31,454 nt of DNA, from the NCBI GenBank assembly GCA_046299455.1, contig JBKBIJ010000001.1, forward strand, positions 1-31,454. The letters are read 5' to 3'. Position 1 is the stretch's first letter. Every line of letters starts with the position of its first letter. The translations under genes were made by a program, and so were the position numbers. The notes beneath the pieces are model-generated. The model had not been told where the DNA came from and did not search any database. It worked only from the letters and a program-made list of their open reading frames with translations. The DNA is from Brevinematia bacterium (GTDB taxonomy: Bacteria; Spirochaetota; Brevinematia; DTOW01). Below are positions 28,460 to 31,454 of the stretch, piece by piece.

Positions 28460-28960
28460 AATTATAGGGATGTTCAAAAACATCAACTTCCTATTTAAAA
28501 GTCTTCATAAATGTTGCTAATATATAAAATGAATCCTTAAAAATGATAAAGATATTTTTTTGTATTAAAATCTAAAGAGAATCAATCCAAAAAACAACAG
28601 TGCATCAAAAATATCACCTCTCCCACTTAGAGATATTGAAAATATCCCTAATGGATTGGATGTTTTAAAAAGTCCAATACTCCTAAAAACCACCATTATT
28701 AAGAAGTTATAGAAACACTCGTTTTGATAGTATGCCTTTTCTGCATTAATCTTATTTTGTTTATTTGTTTGTATGATTTTTGTTTTTATAGTGTGGTATT
28801 ATTTCTAGATTTACGGAGACTTCTAAGGTCTTTCTATCTCAGTAGAGTATATTTCTCTAGAAGTTATGGAACATGAGTAATACCATAATAGAAATTAAGC
28901 AAATAGCTTCTAGGAAGGATAGGTGAAAAAATAGACTTAGGAAATTAGATTTTTAATACC
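28460..28960 (+). repeat. Cluster of degenerate dispersed-repeat copies
   Basis: GATGTTCAAAAACATCAACTTCCTA near 28469; ACTTAGAGATATTGAAAAT near 28626; CTAGAAGTTATGGAACATGAGTAATACCATAA near 28857. 28901-28959 is colinear and equal in length (59 bp) to 11764-11822. Confidence 0.75.
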
Positions 28961-29072
28961 GCTTTCTAAAAAGCAGCTATATGAAAAGAAAAGTATAAAA
29001 TTATTCGAAGAAGGGAAAGATGTTATTTTAGGAGAGAAAAAATATTTAACACTGTAGAGTTATGAAATAGAC

Positions 29073-29105
29073 AGTGGTTGAAGCACTGTAATTACTTCAA
29101 CCACT
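29073..29105. terminator. Perfect 11-bp stem hairpin; possible terminator of the upstream minus-strand gene
   Basis: AGTGGTTGAAG-N11-CTTCAACCACT, 25 nt past the stop at 29131; no strong U-tract. Confidence 0.45.
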
Positions 29106-29130
29106 TATTATAGTTAAGTTCCCCTGTCTA

Positions 29131-30636
29131 TTAAAATCTAACTAAGAAGCTAACATTACCACCTAGCCCTCTGAATCCAAAATCTGGTATTACGTCTGAA
29201 GTGAAGGGTAGTGTGGTATATTCTATTCCCCAATTATCATATGCTCTTATTAAGTTATATACTGGAATAGTGTGCTTATACCCTATCCCTAGAGAAAAAC
29301 CAAGGTATTTTGAAATTAGATATTCGATGTTTATTCCAGCAGTTCCACCTATTGAGAATGTAGTTAAATAGAACTCAAGGTAATACCACCACCAGTATAT
29401 TCCTCCAAGGTACGCAAATGATCCTAGTAGATTTAATCCAATATAAGGTTTTATTTTTAGATTACCCAGGTATATTGAATAATTTCCTATTAGATCTAGT
29501 GTTATGGTCAAGGGAGAAGATAGTACTAAGGTTATGTCTACTTGTGGTTCGAAGTATGCTGCTGAATCATCGTTTATTCCAGATATACCTATAACTAATG
29601 GATTATAGTTTTGCAAGTTATTCCATTTATCTTTGAAGTAGGTTAGCAAAGAAGTGTCAGTTGGTGTGTTGTAGACCATTTGTTGTATTCCTAAGAATAC
29701 TTTAAATATGAAACCTCTTCTTAAACAATCTACTAATTGATCGTTGATTTGTAAGCTACCAAATATAGGTATTACTTCGCTAAAGTCTTCTTCAACTTTT
29801 ACTACTCTCGCAAGTCCTACGTTTTCTGTTACCGTTCTCTCTTTACCACCGATTTTTATTTTTTTCGTTTTTATGACGTCTAATTCTAGTCCAGGATTAA
29901 TATCATAATTTTTACCAAGCTCTATATAGTACTTACCGTTACTTATATCAACTATCGTTGTATATAATTTAAACTTTTCTATGCCTCTTATCTGATACTT
30001 TATTTCATCTATTATGTTGTCAACCGCTAAGTTTATTGTCTCTTCCCTTGATAAATTTCTTCCTTTTATACCTGTTATTAGTTCAATTAATTCACTACTC
30101 TTACCAGATACTGTCTTTGTTATATCTATAGTATGGAATACCTCGCCTTCTCCTGGATCAAAAAATTTGAGAGATACTCTTATTGTTACTTCGTAGTAAG
30201 GCTGACCTGCATCATATCTTGTTTCTACACCAAATGATTTTATATTGGGTATTATTATTGTAAACGAATTTATTAATTTTTCGAGTATTTCTGGGGTTAG
30301 CGTTATTGTTCCCCATTTTGGATCAACGAACTTTTCCGAAGTAGTTATTTTCGTTTCTTGTAGTTCCTTAAGTCTAGCTAAGAATTTTTCAAGATTACCT
30401 TCGGAAAACCTGAATTGATATCCCTTTACTTTAAACCTTTTCATGTTTAAAAACAGATTAACTATTGAGTCATCTAGATTATTTACAACGCTTGCTGGTA
30501 AGTCAAATGTGTAGTAAGATGCAAAGATCGAGATTTCTTGCTGTTCAGAAATTTTGATACTTTCCTTTGGTTGTGAAAAACTATCAAACGATAAAGCTAT
30601 CACTAATATTGCTACAAGTAAAATGATTCTTTTCAT
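29131..30636 (-). CDS. Exported multidomain protein: CsgG/FlgT-like N-region, FlgT_C-like domain, C-terminal outer-membrane beta-barrel
   Basis: Signal peptide after ATG 30636 (RBS GAGGAGG); IVDISNGKYYIELGKNYDINPGLELDV...GLARVVKV; amphipathic strands ending GNVSFLVRF. Confidence 0.55.
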   Translation of the reverse strand: MKRIILLVAILVIALSFDSFSQPKESIKISEQQEISIFASYYTFDLPASVVNNLDDSIVNLFLNMKRFKVKGYQFRFSEGNLEKFLARLKELQETKITTSEKFVDPKWGTITLTPEILEKLINSFTIIIPNIKSFGVETRYDAGQPYYEVTIRVSLKFFDPGEGEVFHTIDITKTVSGKSSELIELITGIKGRNLSREETINLAVDNIIDEIKYQIRGIEKFKLYTTIVDISNGKYYIELGKNYDINPGLELDVIKTKKIKIGGKERTVTENVGLARVVKVEEDFSEVIPIFGSLQINDQLVDCLRRGFIFKVFLGIQQMVYNTPTDTSLLTYFKDKWNNLQNYNPLVIGISGINDDSAAYFEPQVDITLVLSSPLTITLDLIGNYSIYLGNLKIKPYIGLNLLGSFAYLGGIYWWWYYLEFYLTTFSIGGTAGINIEYLISKYLGFSLGIGYKHTIPVYNLIRAYDNWGIEYTTLPFTSDVIPDFGFRGLGGNVSFLVRF

Positions 30637-30656
30637 AAAAATCCTCCTCACGGATG

Positions 30657-30686
30657 ATTCTAAATCTAGTGATAGTAAAATTTCAA
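30657..30686 (-). promoter_or_regulatory. Putative sigma70 promoter
   Basis: Minus strand TTGAAA-N18-TAGAAT upstream of the GAGGAGG RBS. Confidence 0.4.
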
Positions 30687-31003
30687 TTACTTTTGAGGAG
30701 GTATGTAAAGAATCTATTACACATCTATACTTATCCTCATTTTTTTAATTCTTAGTTAATGTAAAGCTTCAATTTACTAGTAGTTCGAATTTTCCTCTAA
30801 TATATTAAAGTACTAAAGTATTAAAAGGTGCGTTAATCAATAACTTTTTGTATGTGTATTATCTCTTCTCTGAGAGTTTTAAATTTCTTGAGTTTATCTT
30901 TAATTTTAGATAAGATAGGATTTTACTCTTTTGATGGTGGAAACGATAAATTAGTAACTAAGAATGGGAGTATGAAAACATTTTTTACACAGCTCAAGAA
31001 AAC

Positions 31004-31032
31004 TTGACATTCTTTAAAATTTTTTGTATACT
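31004..31032 (+). promoter_or_regulatory. Near-consensus sigma70 promoter of the glutaredoxin gene
   Basis: TTGACA-N17-TATACT, followed by a GAGGAGG RBS near 31054. Confidence 0.75.
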
Positions 31033-31067
31033 ATATACAGTAATATGTATATGAGAGGAGGATAGTT

Positions 31068-31301
31068 ATGGATGTTAAAGTTTATTCTACACCGAGTTGT
31101 CCTTATTGTAATATGTTGAAGAATTATCTTAGGTCTAGAGGTATAAGTTTTGTTGATTATGATGTTTCTAGAGACGAAAGGAGAGCGATGGAGATGGTTA
31201 GAATTTCTGGTCAGATGGGAGTTCCTGTTGCGGTTATAAATGGTAAGGTTGTTGTGGGGTTTAACAAGCCTTTAATAGATAGGTTGTTGAACATCTCGTA
31301 A
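31068..31301 (+). CDS. Glutaredoxin-like protein (YruB/NrdH family)
   Basis: VYSTPSCPYC, GQMGVPV, VVGFN; 77 aa. Confidence 0.92.
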   Translation: MDVKVYSTPSCPYCNMLKNYLRSRGISFVDYDVSRDERRAMEMVRISGQMGVPVAVINGKVVVGFNKPLIDRLLNIS

Positions 31302-31311
31302 TTTATATTTA

Positions 31312-31454
31312 CTAGATTTTCGATTCATCTATTTCTAGATCTAAGTATTCTATTATTATACCTTCTTCTGCGCCTAAATATGTGTTTTCGCTACCGCAAT
31401 TATTGCATACATATATATGTGAATCTGCGTAGAATCTATTTCCACAGTCGTTAC
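31312..31454 (-). CDS. hypA: C-terminus of HypA/HybF-type hydrogenase nickel metallochaperone (5' part outside the window)
   Basis: Not in the ORF track; my translation: (..)NDCGNRFYADSHIYVCNNCGSENTYLGAEEGIIIEYLDLEIDESKI*, matching the HypA CxxC..CxxCGS..G.E..I..I.IE pattern. Confidence 0.7.
   Translation of the reverse strand, partial: NDCGNRFYADSHIYVCNNCGSENTYLGAEEGIIIEYLDLEIDESKI

Overview
AT-rich bacterial chromosomal window, most likely from a spirochaete-like organism (inference from CheX, a FlgF-type rod protein and a Treponema/kinetoplastid-type GAPDH). It holds about 22 intact genes, 2 edge-truncated genes and 2 decayed transposase fragments. The genes cover chemotaxis/flagella (cheW-cheX-atypical receiver, flgF), V-ATPase C and I, fabD, galU, rpmA-dksA-gatA, clpC, a pilB/gspE-type ATPase, thpR, gap-pgk, a 2-oxoacid oxidoreductase gamma subunit, glutaredoxin and a hypA C-terminus. 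About 8.5 kb (about 27%) is long non-coding DNA. By eye this is largely a mosaic of one degenerate ~175-200 bp repeat family with ~25 bp imperfect terminal inverted repeats (TGTWTCAAAAAT...WTTTCCTA). That terminus resembles the end of a decayed DDE insertion sequence whose 5' and 3' halves lie 13 kb apart in opposite orientation. Other oddities: a probable PLP-enzyme pseudoenzyme behind the pilB-like gene, a ribosomal L27 lacking its conserved N-terminal tail, an atypical receiver in the cheY position, a FlgT/CsgG-like plus beta-barrel fusion protein, and many normally operonic genes standing alone. All alignments and family assignments were made by eye, without database searches.
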